Of a stretch of 64,000 nucleotides of DNA, positions 48,701 through 60,602 are shown one piece after another. The DNA comes from Alloascoidea hylecoeti. Its lineage: Eukaryota. The stretch is taken from contig BCKZ01000014.1 in NCBI GenBank assembly GCA_001600815.1, positions 186,001-250,000 of the forward strand. The letters run 5' to 3'. The first letter of the stretch is position 1, and every line of letters begins with the position of its first letter. Both the position numbers and the translations under genes were made by a program. Below the pieces are notes generated by a model. That model saw only the letters and a program-made list of their open reading frames with translations, made no database searches and had not been told where the DNA came from.

Positions 48701-50834
48701 TAACTTCTGATGGTAAAGAAATGCGTTGTTTTAAAACCGTTCTTCTTTCACAATGAAAAGATTCAGAAACTGTTGTAACTGGAATAAGTATATCAGGATG
48801 TAATACCAATAAATTTTGATGATCGTCAACAATGATTTCACTGGCTTTATTATCATCATAATCGCCCACTATATGAATAACATCTTTCGGTGATATCTCA
48901 AGCTGACACCATGAGTCTCTGAGAATAATCCTTTTAAAGAGTGCACCAGACATCTTAGCATTTAAAATCTTTTGTGGTTTCGTCCGATTTCCATTTATTG
49001 CAGCATCATCTTTAACATTTATAATCTGATACCGATGAAGATTCCTTCGTCTAAATGCTAGTGTCGTTAAGTCTTGTTGTTTATTTTTGTCGCTATTCCG
49101 TGAAGTTGTAGAAGTTGTTTCTGCCTTGAATATGGAAGAATGCCTCGTACTACTTCTTGTTGCGGGAGTATTTGCCGTACGTATTTTAGGTATCACTTGA
49201 GACTTTTCAAACTCATCGAGAAAATTATCAAGATCCTCTTGATTTTCATCACTTTCGGTTTCATTATCAAAATCATCAATTTCACAACTTGCTTTTGTAT
49301 TTTTATTTGTTTTTATGATAGTTTCTTTTTGTGGTGGAGGTAGTCGTGGTGGCAGTACAAAGTTTTGAATTTTTGGCGGATTCATATTCGTAGACATTAC
49401 AGAGGTCACAGTTCGCATAGAATCTGCTTCCAAATCATTTAAATCTAGAGATAGATCATCCAAATCATCATCAAAATCATATGAACTTGAACTGTTTGGC
49501 GCAGTATCTTTTGGTTGGGTTATATCTTTATCTATAATGTCGATCTTTTTTATTGGTGCTTGAGTTTGAATTTCAGATTCTATTAAATCTAATTGCTTAA
49601 AATCATATTCCTCATCGTCTTCAAATATGTCATCAAAATCAGATTCACCGGAATTGTTCTTCTTTTCTGAAAGTTTCGGCATCTCTTTAACTGTAGTATC
49701 CGATTGTGTTTGTGATGAATCTTTCTGACTACTTCGGTCAAGATTTGGCGAGGATGGTGGAAGAATTGTGGTACAATTTGGGTCTAACATAGAGATATCG
49801 TCCATTTCATTTTTATTATTGTCATTGATGTGATTAATCCTAGTTTCATTCTGTTGATAAAATGATAGATCATCAATTGATTGATCATTACTCTCAGAAT
49901 TTTCTATTTCATCCATTAAAGAGGATATATTCTCCTTCCCTGTCTTTTGATTGTAAATTTCAAGATCTGTCAATAGTCTTGAGCTTTTTGATTCTAATTG
50001 ATGCAAAAGATTTGTTTTCATTAAGGGACTTCCATAATTTTTATTTATAAACTCTCCTGATTCTAACCATGGTTTTGCAGTAGTCAAAGGAGTAGGAAAT
50101 GGTACTTTTTTTGAAGGGAGTCCGTAAATAGATTTTGATCTTTTAAATGATCTTGATCGTATACTTGAGTTTATATTTGACTTTTCGGGGGTAGTTTGTT
50201 CATAATTCGAATGGCTTCTCGATAATTTTCTATTTGCTGATTGAGAATTAGCCCTTGGAGACCAATTTTCAATTTTGGTATTATATTTCTTTGCTAGGGA
50301 ATTAACTGGATCATTTTCATCTTCAAATGGCACGGAAACCTGATTTTTTCTGCGAGCTGGAGTAATATAGTTTGAATTCCTATCTATTGTAATTGGAGAG
50401 GAGGAAGATATCATAGTTTTCCGCCTATTATCAACCGGATATTCCCAATAAACATGATCATCACTACTTGGATTTAACGCAATGGTTCTCTGTTTTGCAG
50501 GAGTTTTTAGATTCATATTTGTATTTGTGTTCGCATTTATGTTTTTGTTTTTGTTTTTGTACGTATTTGTGTTTGTGTTTGTGTAACTGCTGTCTATTGG
50601 ATCTGATGAAGGTTTGTTTTCATCAAGTCTATCTGTCGGAGTAAATGAGTAAAAACGTTTACTCTTTTGATTTAATTTTGCATTTGGTGGAGAGATCTCA
50701 GGAACAGATACATTCTTCTTATCTTGATTTAATTTGATCTTCTTCCTTTCATGGGATACGGGTTGAGGTAATCCTTTTGCAGTATCCCCTAGACTTATCA
50801 TCACTCTCTTATTTCCTCGGTTCATCGGACCCAT
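45716..50834 (-). CDS. DNA2: Dna2 nuclease/helicase (intron 47721-47778; ~1686 aa)
   Basis: Nuclease motifs DIEEEIWSPMFGLKGIIDVT, PLEIKTG, Fe-S cysteines; SF1 motifs GMPGTGKTT, IVDEAS, LVGDPNQL, QYRM, RRLNVAITRAK; a GTATGC...CTAAC...TAG intron joins the two ORFs in frame. Confidence 0.95.
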
Positions 50835-50920
50835 TGATATCTGAGATTATGTATAATCCCTCTAATTATGTTATTAAACAAATTGAATAATATATTGGGT
50901 GAAAACAATATGGCAAAAAT

Positions 50921-50968
50921 GTCGCGACGCGCCTGATGGTAAGAAGAAACAATTTTAACACGCGTTTT
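50921..50968. promoter_or_regulatory. MCB elements in DNA2 promoter
   Basis: gtcgcgacgcgc and acACGCGT ~90-130 bp upstream of the ATG. Confidence 0.6.
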
Positions 50969-51907
50969 TTTCCGGCCGTATAATTCTGATATAACGTGAA
51001 AATCAATTGAATGAAAATGCAAGAAAAAAAAAAGTATTTTATGATATAATAATAATAATGTATATACTTTCCGGATCTGGAGAATCGTTACTGAAAAAAA
51101 ATTGCAAATGTGGTGTAATGATGTTTGTAAATCTCAAACTTTAAGTTTGCATCAAAGAACTAAAAATTATCTATCAATTGCAATTCCCAATTCCCATCAT
51201 AAGCTGAAGAAAGTGATCTACAATTCATATAATAGTTGGATATTGGGGTGAATTATTTATTAATGTTTTTGAAAAAGCTTCACTACTTCTAGAAATATTT
51301 ATTTGCGATATTGATGAGTACCCTTATCAATATCCTATCATTATATAAATTAAACTATACCAATCACGATATAAGAGGATGAAAAGAATTGAGATGCATA
51401 AAGACGTTAAATTTTTATTTAATTTAAGAGTTTTTCTATTTGCCAATAGTATGTGTTGAACTTTTAAACATTTTTCCATTAACTTTGCATTATTATAGAT
51501 TATGCACTTCTAATGTTGCAATATGCAATATTATAAATTTTCCTTAATAAAGCTTAATCGGGAATTACGTATAAGTGCATACGTATAGGCTATATCATAT
51601 TCATAATAATTTCATATTCAAATTTTCAAGGAGATATCCTATTGGTAAAATTTTCTCTGAAGTCACCATCTTATGTTTCATAAATAATTCTTAGAGATAT
51701 ATTGGTTAAATAGGAGTATTGTGCCATAATTTAGACATAAATCCAAGGCTTCAATTACAATTGAAATTGCAAACTATATAATTATATTTGATATCTCTCA
51801 GCATTATCTATTTATATTTATAAAGTTAGACTCACTTGCTTTGTTTTATCTTACCAATCACAAAATAACAGTTTTAGATTTAAGATATATAATATTCCTG
51901 TTACGAA

Positions 51908-53272
51908 ATGTCAAAGAAATCATCAATGAATCCAGGTTTCTCAAATTTAAAAAGCAATTGTCAAGTGAATTATTCACTTGGAAATCTGATAGGTTTTGGT
52001 TCATATGCTAAAGTCTATGAATCAACTCTTGCATATAATCAAAATTATGGTTATGATATCGATAGTATCAACGGCCATGAACTAAAGTCAAATGAACCAA
52101 ATTGTTCAATAAAGGTTATATCAAAAAATGAACTGAAAGGATGTGAATTTTTGATAGAAGAAGAAATAAGAATTCTATCAATGATCTCTTTAAAACATCC
52201 CAATATTCTTTCTTTATATGACTATTTTCATACGGAAGATAGTATATGTCTTGTTACGGATTTAGCAACGGGCGGCGAACTCTATGATCATATAGTTAAC
52301 AAAGAAGAAGAAAGATTTACAGAAGAAGCAACAATTGATATAATCAGAACCCTAACTGAGGCAGTTAGCTCTTTACATGATCAAAATATTGTTCACAGAG
52401 ATCTTAAAGCAGAAAATATATTATTTAAAAATAAAGAAAGTGAAAATGGATCTAATATTCTATTAATCGATTTTGGTTTTGCTACAAAAATTGAAGATGG
52501 TAAAAACTTACAATTGAAATGTGGAACTGAACTATACATGGCCCCAGAAATGCTAAATGGAAAAGAGTATAGTAAACCTGTTGATATTTGGGGTATTGGC
52601 ATAATAACATATTTTATGCTTGGTGGATATACACCTTTTCAACGAGAAACCCAAAGGGAGGAAAATCTAGCCATAATGGAAGGTGAATATGATTTTGAGC
52701 CTGCTGATTATTGGGGTTCTGTTTCACCACAAGCTAAGGATTTTATTTCAAGATGTTTAGAAGTAGATCCGAATAAAAGAATCAGTATTCATGAAGCACT
52801 ACTACATCCCTTTTTAAGAACCAATACTTCAGTTCTATTTGATGAAGATGACATTGATAGCATTAAAGATTTCAATCGCATTAATACGAATACAAGTACA
52901 AGTACCGGTCATACTAGTACTTATACAGAAGAATATCCCGATCTTACAACTGATGAGTTCCAATTTCAAGGTACTACGAATAAAGCTTCTTTGGATAACT
53001 TTACTTTAGATTTAAAATATTTTTTACTTCCAATAACGGTTGAGGACTGTGATTTTACTTCTACAGAAAGATTTGATATAAATTCAGCTTCGAGTGATGA
53101 TGATACCATTGATACTAATAATAATAATTTTAGTCCTCAAACTAGTCCTAAAATTACGATCGATAATCATCATATGCATCATTTGGATTATTGGAGAGAG
53201 ATAAGCACAGATCATATTGATATCGATGAGATTCCCCCTAGTCTTGATGAGAGGTTATTAAATCATTTATAA
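51908..53272 (+). CDS. CAMK-group Ser/Thr protein kinase (Cmk-like)
   Basis: GFGSYAKV, IKVISK, HPNIL, DLATGGEL, HRDLKAEN, DFG, CGT..YMAPE, DIWGIG, GYTPF. Confidence 0.88.
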   Translation: MSKKSSMNPGFSNLKSNCQVNYSLGNLIGFGSYAKVYESTLAYNQNYGYDIDSINGHELKSNEPNCSIKVISKNELKGCEFLIEEEIRILSMISLKHPNILSLYDYFHTEDSICLVTDLATGGELYDHIVNKEEERFTEEATIDIIRTLTEAVSSLHDQNIVHRDLKAENILFKNKESENGSNILLIDFGFATKIEDGKNLQLKCGTELYMAPEMLNGKEYSKPVDIWGIGIITYFMLGGYTPFQRETQREENLAIMEGEYDFEPADYWGSVSPQAKDFISRCLEVDPNKRISIHEALLHPFLRTNTSVLFDEDDIDSIKDFNRINTNTSTSTGHTSTYTEEYPDLTTDEFQFQGTTNKASLDNFTLDLKYFLLPITVEDCDFTSTERFDINSASSDDDTIDTNNNNFSPQTSPKITIDNHHMHHLDYWREISTDHIDIDEIPPSLDERLLNHL

Positions 53273-53369
53273 TTGTATAAACACACATATATATAATGTA
53301 TTATAAACATACCATGGCTATGGGCTAAATTTAACAACTTCAATTTCAAGTTTTAGTAAGCTTATAATA

Positions 53370-53397
53370 TACAGTCATTCCACTTAATTTAGGCCAC
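53370..53397. mobile_element. MITE-family TIR end
   Basis: TA|cagtcattccacttaatttaggccac. Confidence 0.5.
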
Positions 53398-53742
53398 CAC
53401 TTAATTAATTACTTTCTATACTATTCTTCTTTGACTTCATTTACTTATTTTCCGATTCAAACCAATAATTTCAAGCATTCGCACAGGAGAGCTGGATATG
53501 TCGAAGCATAAAAAAGGGATCCAAAATAATTAAATCTACAGTTGGAACGAAAAGTAAATGAAATTCTATTCTATTCAATATATTGTAGGTACCATATAAG
53601 TTATACATTATTATTAATCAAATTTAGCATGGAGTTCAAGCCCCCAACTCATCTTCTCCTTTAAATATCATTCTATCATTAGCCAGATAGTTTTTGCTAC
53701 TAGTAAAAGTATATGAAAACATGAAAAATATATTTAAAAATA

Positions 53743-55104
53743 TCAATCGATAAAATCCAACACCAATTTATTAAAAGCTTCAGGATTATCAAGATAAACA
53801 TGATGTCCAGCCTTTTCCACCATTTCAAATTGTGCCTTTTGGTTATCTCCCATCTTTTTATTGATCCATTCAACAACCTCTTTTCCAGCATCTTGATTCA
53901 TCCAATCCTTATCTCCATAGACCCATAAGGTTTTACATTTTAATTGATTTCTGAAAAGTTGAATTCTATCAGAAAGTGGGAAATAAGCCAATGCTCCTGG
54001 TGCTAGAAATCTTGTTAAACCATATTCTCCAGATGATTTTCCAGACATGCATTTGTAACAATATAAATGTAGAGTCTCAAGCTCATTTTTTTCAACTGCA
54101 CTAAATCTTCTATGCGACCAAAATGACATTAATCTTGGAGCGACTGGACCAAATGCCTTCAGTATCGCAAATGGTGACCAATGCCTTGTCCATAGATATA
54201 TTGCAATTTTTGGCATATGGGGAACTGAAACGTATTCCTTTTGTTCTTCTTCTTCTTCTTCTGAATCACTGCCACCTGTAAGAGCAGATTGAGGGGCTGT
54301 CAATTCTTGTTCAACATCAGGAGCATCTTTTTTCTTTAAATCAAATTTATTCAAATCAACATTTTTATTTGAAATAATTTGATCTTCAACTTCCTTTGAA
54401 TAATTATTTCTTTCAACTCCAACTGGAGAAACAAGTACTAATTTTGAAACTCTTTCTGGATATTTTAATGTATAAATCATACTTAAATAACCACCCATAG
54501 AATGACCAATCAATATAAAATTATTTAATTCCTCATTGTAAGTTTTACGCCATTCCTCTAAAGGATCCAAAAACCAATTTTCAGCATTTGTAACGATTTC
54601 ATATTGATTTTTACCAGGTGCGACAAAATCATGTCTTGAAGAATTTCCATGACCTGCTAAATCCAAAGCATGGATAGTAACCCCAGGTATTTTACTAAGA
54701 CCATCAAAATTTCTATAAAATAAACCTAAAGCAGCACCAAAACCATGAAGAATAACAATATGTAAATTTGTAGATGAAGGTTCTATATTTTTAATTGTAA
54801 ATTCATTTATTGTTTTACCATTTCCAACACTAACTTGATGTACTTTTGCTATTCTTGTACCATCTGATTTTGGATAAAAAGGTAATATTGATAAAACATT
54901 ATCTTGAGCTTCAACAAGTGTTAATGAACTACACCATTGTTTAAAAGATTCTTTATAAGATATTGCCTCTCTTTTAGGATTTTTGGTTTTTTTGGATTTC
55001 ATTTCAGTATTATTCTTACTTGAATTTGAATTTGAATTTGAATTTGAATTTGAATTTGAATTTGAATTTGAATCAGAATTTGATGTTCGTGAATTTGAAG
55101 TCAT
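53743..55104 (-). CDS. CLD1: Alpha/beta-hydrolase of the Cld1/Ict1 (ABHD4/5) family, cardiolipin deacylase-like
   Basis: HGFGAALGLFYRNF, GHSMGGY nucleophile elbow, YGDKDWM, GHHVYLDNP (HX4D). Confidence 0.75.
   Translation of the reverse strand: MTSNSRTSNSDSNSNSNSNSNSNSNSNSSKNNTEMKSKKTKNPKREAISYKESFKQWCSSLTLVEAQDNVLSILPFYPKSDGTRIAKVHQVSVGNGKTINEFTIKNIEPSSTNLHIVILHGFGAALGLFYRNFDGLSKIPGVTIHALDLAGHGNSSRHDFVAPGKNQYEIVTNAENWFLDPLEEWRKTYNEELNNFILIGHSMGGYLSMIYTLKYPERVSKLVLVSPVGVERNNYSKEVEDQIISNKNVDLNKFDLKKKDAPDVEQELTAPQSALTGGSDSEEEEEEQKEYVSVPHMPKIAIYLWTRHWSPFAILKAFGPVAPRLMSFWSHRRFSAVEKNELETLHLYCYKCMSGKSSGEYGLTRFLAPGALAYFPLSDRIQLFRNQLKCKTLWVYGDKDWMNQDAGKEVVEWINKKMGDNQKAQFEMVEKAGHHVYLDNPEAFNKLVLDFID
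55020..55072. repeat. (TGAATT)n hexamer repeat encoding (Ser-Asn)n
   Basis: Direct reading. Confidence 0.95.
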
Positions 55105-55349
55105 TTTTTATAATAATATATAATATAAATTCACTTTGCCTCTATTGTCTTTTTATATTTGTATCTTTGGAGTTTTGGAATTAGCAATATAAAAAATATA
55201 TATATTAATAATCATTGATTATTATATGGGTACAAGATTAAAGATAAACAACATCCAAACTCCAGCACCACACAATAATAAATAAATAAACTACTATTTT
55301 TAAAATTTATAACACCAACGTGAAAAATGTCGCCGGATTCATAGGATAT

Positions 55350-55558
55350 ATGGTACGAGATTTAAATGATATGCTCTTTGAATCAACCACCCCTAGTTCC
55401 ACTTATATATGTCCATTCTGTGGTAATTGCTTTGACATACCTTTAGATGATCTTATAGATGGTACGAATCCTGCACAGTGCATAATTTGCCTTCGAATAT
55501 TCTAATTATTTACAGTGAAGATGACTTAAAGGAATATATCGACGATAACGAGGAATAA
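55350..55558 (+). pseudogene. DPH3/KTI11-like CSL zinc-ribbon gene with a 1-nt frameshift
   Basis: DMLFE...TYICPFCGNCFDIPLDDLIDG...AQCIIC in one frame, then ILIIYSEDDLKEY...* in the -1 frame, collinear with the Kti11 C-terminus. Confidence 0.6.
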
Positions 55559-55679
55559 AAATATTCTTTAATCATTATTCTATTATTTTGTATTGCTATC
55601 ATCCTTTTAGAAATATAGATCAATAATACATGATAACCTTATACCGGGACTCTATTATTATATTATAATGAGGATCTTT

Positions 55680-56150
55680 TTTATCTACTTAATTCACCAT
55701 ATGAATTTTGATTGTTGTATACATTTATCATTATTTCTTTAAATTTTGACTTCTCAATAAATTACCTAATTATAAACAATAGGAGTAGGAAGGATAATTA
55801 AAATTCTACTTATTTTGATTCAAATAACGTTATTCCATTAATGTTCACACGATGTTATAACTTATATTTTAGGTCTATAAAACTGAAATCTTTGATCTAC
55901 AACAAAGAGATACCACGGCTTTTTTTGTTAGGAATCAATTTCCTTCCAGGTATTGCTTCCTAGGTATCACATCATGCCGATTCTATATTACTATCTCAAG
56001 AGGAATAACATTGTCTCATTACCACTCATCAGTTGAAACTGTTAAGATTATAATCATAATCACACGACCATTATTTTTAGATTAATTTCTATAGATGGAG
56101 CTATTCCCCCCTGATGTTTGATTTTGATTCCTTACCTTTTTTCTTATCTT
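55680..56150 (-). mobile_element. Decayed non-LTR (L1-like) retrotransposon endonuclease remnant
   Basis: Minus-strand PLEIVI*NRHD (55971-56003), KSRGISLL (55900-55925), MINVYN (55712-55731) in AP-endonuclease order. Confidence 0.5.
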
Positions 56151-57036
56151 TATCAACGAAGAAAAAAATACATTAACAATAACTTATGGATTCTATGTAA
56201 CTTATAATTAGTTTAGTTTTTTGAATGATAATTTCGATGTCTAGAATTCAATTTGGAAATCTTCGATTCCCATATACCTATTTAAACTTTCCATCACTCT
56301 TCACAAGCAACGTAAAATATTAACATGAAAAAATTATGGCTGGAATTAGCATACGGCCAAACTAAGCGGTAAAAATCAGAATAATTGTAGCCATAGTAAT
56401 TAGTAGGTACCATACTTTATACTACTATAAGGTCTTTGGTATGTCACATATTATTAACATTGCGATTACAACCAAGGTCTTGATTTTACTTGATAACCTG
56501 ACATAAGATTTTATCCACTTAATGATATTAAGTACTAACACAATAGTTTTTGAGTCTGGATCATAGATACAATATATTTCAGAATTCAAATAAACATTAG
56601 TTTGCTTAATATTATTAATTAAATGATATCGTCGTCCAATAAAGATAGAAAACTCGATTTATTAAAAACAAATCTGTTAACTAATTCTTTAGTTTAAACA
56701 TAACTCATTTTCTTTTGATAAAAGACTGAGAATTGAATCCTAAGTATTCATAAGTAAATCATCATTAATATTAACTTCACTATTCTCTTCAATATCATCA
56801 TTCAGTGTTTTGATTATTGATTTTGGGAATAAGTTTTAAAGCAGTATTCTTCCTCCAAAGACTAGAATGAGATATGTGACACGATATACTCCTGTTCTCA
56901 GATATGTGATACTGTTAATATCATATGCATTATACATCGTGTTAAAAAAAGTCTCATCTTTTTCGATTATACCAAATAATACCATCTTTTTTACAACTCA
57001 CTAAATCAGAAATTGGAAAAGAAAAACTGAAAATAA

Positions 57037-57741
57037 TGGCTAAAGCTCAGGATACAGATTCTGGAGATTTACTAACAACATCTAAGATTTAGGAAAAATC
57101 ACCAGAATCTGAAAAGAGTCTGCAGACATATATCGATTGCTTAAGGATCTAAGTGATCAATTCGAAACTTCAAACTTGATGTTGAACTCCAGAATGGAAG
57201 ATTTAAACTTAAAATTCCGAAGTATCAACCATTTAACCTCTTTTCAACAGACATCTTCCATTCCCGATCCAAAGAAAAATGGTTCCCACCCCACAAATAT
57301 GAAATCCAACGATGAATTCCAAAATAATGATAAAACAAAAGCTCGATTTTGAAATTGATATCTCATCTACTTGATCTGACAAAACTCCTATTGAGTCTGT
57401 TGTTCATAATGATTTTACTGGCCATAATGTTAATCCATTGGAATTTTCTCCTGAAGTTATTAAGTTAAGGGATAGAGCCTTATGGAGGTAATATTCATAA
57501 TTATATCGACTCTGTTAAATGTAATGCAAAACCACTTGCAATTGGACTATTAAAACAAAATCTTGATTATCAAATATCAAAAATATCTAATTCTTCTCGT
57601 TGAGAAAATCTTCATCGTTTACGATCAATGATTTTAAATAGTTCATCAAAAGAAAATTCAAATTTATTTATAAAAACATTTAACCAACTTAATAATATAT
57701 ATTTATTATTTGAAAGAGATAAAGTTGGTTTAAAAAATTAA
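57037..57741 (+). pseudogene. Decayed reading frame of unknown origin (possible gag-like remnant)
   Basis: ~700 bp of long open stretches (MAKAQDTDSGD..., 71-aa ORF, PYGGNIHNYIDSV...) joined by isolated stops and frameshifts; no diagnostic motif. Confidence 0.3.
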
Positions 57742-58281
57742 CCAGAGCCTAATAGTGATAATGTTGTGAGCACCATATCACTCTACTAGGCCATTTGTCT
57801 TGTCTTCCTGACAATCTTTCTTTTTCTGTTTTTTATTCTAGTCAGTAAATACGTACATTTTTTAGTATTTATCAATACTTGAGTATTCACAATTACTTAT
57901 TATAAAGCTTCTATATGTACAATTACTAATTTATTATAGAATGAAGCCGGCTATTAAGATTAGATAATATCTTATATTGACAGATCACAAATATACATGC
58001 TCAAATACGACTCGAGATTGGGGAAGCCAATCCTGAGTCGCGACGGATAAAAATTTGATATTCGAATTTTTATTTTTGATGAAGAATCATTTTTATGTAA
58101 CTCCAAAGAAAGAATATTGCAGCACAAGAAGAAATTGCAACAGCTACAAAATTCCACGGATGCAAAAATCTATACATCAAAAGAGGCAATGACAATCTAT
58201 AATACGAAATAAATCAATTACAATTACATCAAACTTTTATATATATATTTCTATATTTAATATATATTCTTTTAAATTTCA

Positions 58282-59673
58282 TCAATTCTTAAGTTCAGCC
58301 CAAATATAAGGACCAATAACTCTAATAGCAGTAATCATAATAAAAAAACTTTGAAAACAAGCAATTGGAAATCCAAAAAATCCCATTTGTTTAAAATTCA
58401 CCCAAATACTATATAAAGCAACAGAAAAGAAATGATAAAATAAAAATGTTGGACTTAAATTAATACCAGATAATATTGAAACTGGTCCATTGATACATGA
58501 ACCACCACGTTTAAAATATTCAAAAACTCCTTTTTGAAGTTTACGTAAATAAGTATTATCAGCTGCAAATAATGAAAATAATGCAAATGATAAAATATTA
58601 ATTGATGCTGCATATTTTCTTCTATCAAAATGCCATGCTTCTAAAGCAGTTAAAACCATATCAACATCTGTAAAATCAGGGAATTCTTTTTTATTTAAAG
58701 CTTCAACAACTGTAACAATATCTTTAAAGCATACAGTCATACCTCCTCCAGTTAAAGGATGTCTCATATTCATAGCATCACCAATCATTAATAATCCAGG
58801 GGTATGATTACAAGTACCAGGTAAGAATGAATTAGGCATTGGTCTAAATCTTTCAGCTTCTAAAGCTTTTTGAAATGATGGTTTTATTGAATCAGGTACT
58901 GCTGGTAAGATTTGAGTTTCTAAATATCTCTTTAAATCACCATTTGATTGAGATGGAACTTTATTACCACGAACAGCACATAAAACTCTTGATTCATGAG
59001 AAGAAATTGTATAAATTAAAGCAGGTGGTTGATCACCAACAAGAGCATGACCATGGAAAGGACGAACCATATTAGCATCTTTAATTTCAAATCCGACAAA
59101 ATATGATGTAACTTTTGGTGTTAATGATATAAATTGTTTACGAAATTTTGAAAATATGCCATCACACATAACAGTTAATGGAGCAGTAATTTCAATTTTT
59201 TCCTTTTCATCTCTTGTACATTTTACTCCAAGTACTTGTTTTGTATAAGGATTTGAAATAACTTCAGTAACAGTTGCTTCTAAAGTTGTAATATTTGGAT
59301 GGTCAATACATTTTTGTCTAATATTCATTAAAAAATCACCATGATGGAAAGCAACTCCTTCTTCTCTTTTATCTGTGCCTTTTATTTTTGGATATGGAAT
59401 ATGAACTGATTCACCATGGAAAAATACTTCATAGCCATAAACTGGTGCAGCATCAATTCCATTAATACAATCACCTAAGCCTAATTGTTGCAATGCTTTT
59501 AAACCACCTGGTTGAAGTAATTCACCTACAATTCTATCAGGTCTTTTCCAATCTCTTTCAATTATGATTACATTTCTTCCTTGGTTTGCCAAAGCGTAGG
59601 CAATACAGGGCCCTACGGCACCTGCTCCAACGACTATCACATCATTACTTGAATAAGCTTGTTTTGTTGACAT
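58282..59673 (-). CDS. ERG1: Squalene epoxidase
   Basis: GAGAVG, PDRIVGELLQPGG, CDGIFS, GDAMNMRHPLTGGGMT, C-terminal hydrophobic region. Confidence 0.96.
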   Translation of the reverse strand: MSTKQAYSSNDVIVVGAGAVGPCIAYALANQGRNVIIIERDWKRPDRIVGELLQPGGLKALQQLGLGDCINGIDAAPVYGYEVFFHGESVHIPYPKIKGTDKREEGVAFHHGDFLMNIRQKCIDHPNITTLEATVTEVISNPYTKQVLGVKCTRDEKEKIEITAPLTVMCDGIFSKFRKQFISLTPKVTSYFVGFEIKDANMVRPFHGHALVGDQPPALIYTISSHESRVLCAVRGNKVPSQSNGDLKRYLETQILPAVPDSIKPSFQKALEAERFRPMPNSFLPGTCNHTPGLLMIGDAMNMRHPLTGGGMTVCFKDIVTVVEALNKKEFPDFTDVDMVLTALEAWHFDRRKYAASINILSFALFSLFAADNTYLRKLQKGVFEYFKRGGSCINGPVSILSGINLSPTFLFYHFFSVALYSIWVNFKQMGFFGFPIACFQSFFIMITAIRVIGPYIWAELKN

Positions 59674-60602
59674 TAATATAAGGTTTTAAAATAGTTGGAA
59701 ATAACAATTGAATATTTTAAATAAATTAATTGGTGTATATTCCACCTGATTGCTCTTTAAACTTGACCTGTTCTTTTAAGTTGATGGGATAAGACACGGC
59801 AGATGTCCTAATATATATTTTCATAGAGTTGTTGATACAAATCTCAACATTTTTATAATAAAAAACATGTGAAATGATCATGAAATAGAAACAATTGTTA
59901 ACTACCTTATAAAAACTGCATATGGCCTGTTTATAATGGCATTGTATATGATCTGATCCTATTAATTAACGATAGTAAAGAACTTAATCCGATACAAGTA
60001 AAACCGGTGATGTAGGTTTCAGCCAGTAATAAACTTAAAACAATGTCATCCCATTAATTTTTCTGTACAATATACATAGCGTTATAAATCATTCATTATT
60101 TATTTCAATGATCATAAGCTGAAAAGGCCTAAAAGTAAAGCTTTTTTGTCATTATTACTTGTGCGCGGCGTGTGAGAAATATTTCGACGAATACATCTCC
60201 TGATATTTCAAATGCATAAAAATATATCACCGAGAGAATTTATTTATAGGGAATAATAAATAATTAATTATACCTTGAAAAGTATCAGCATTATCTTGCC
60301 ATGTTAAGGGGTATGGTGGTTAACCTTGCAATTGTCGTATAGCTTATAGGGTTAATTAAGTCTCCCAACCAACTTGTCCCTACTAACCTAACCTTCCTGG
60401 CATATGTAAAATGTTGCGATCACGTGCACACAATTCTTAGAAGTTCTTACATTGACAATCTCTAAACAATAAATAAATGTTTATTTCATTTCTATATTTT
60501 TTTAACTAATTCATAATAAGTTCATTCCGATATAATAAAAAACAAAATCATTATCATAACGACTAATTAAATAACAATTCTAGCTAAGTTTAAATTTTAA
60601 AT

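Noticed and set aside
45716..50834. DNA2 split into separate nuclease and helicase genes
   Set aside because: A canonical 58-nt intron (47721-47778) joins the ORFs in frame.
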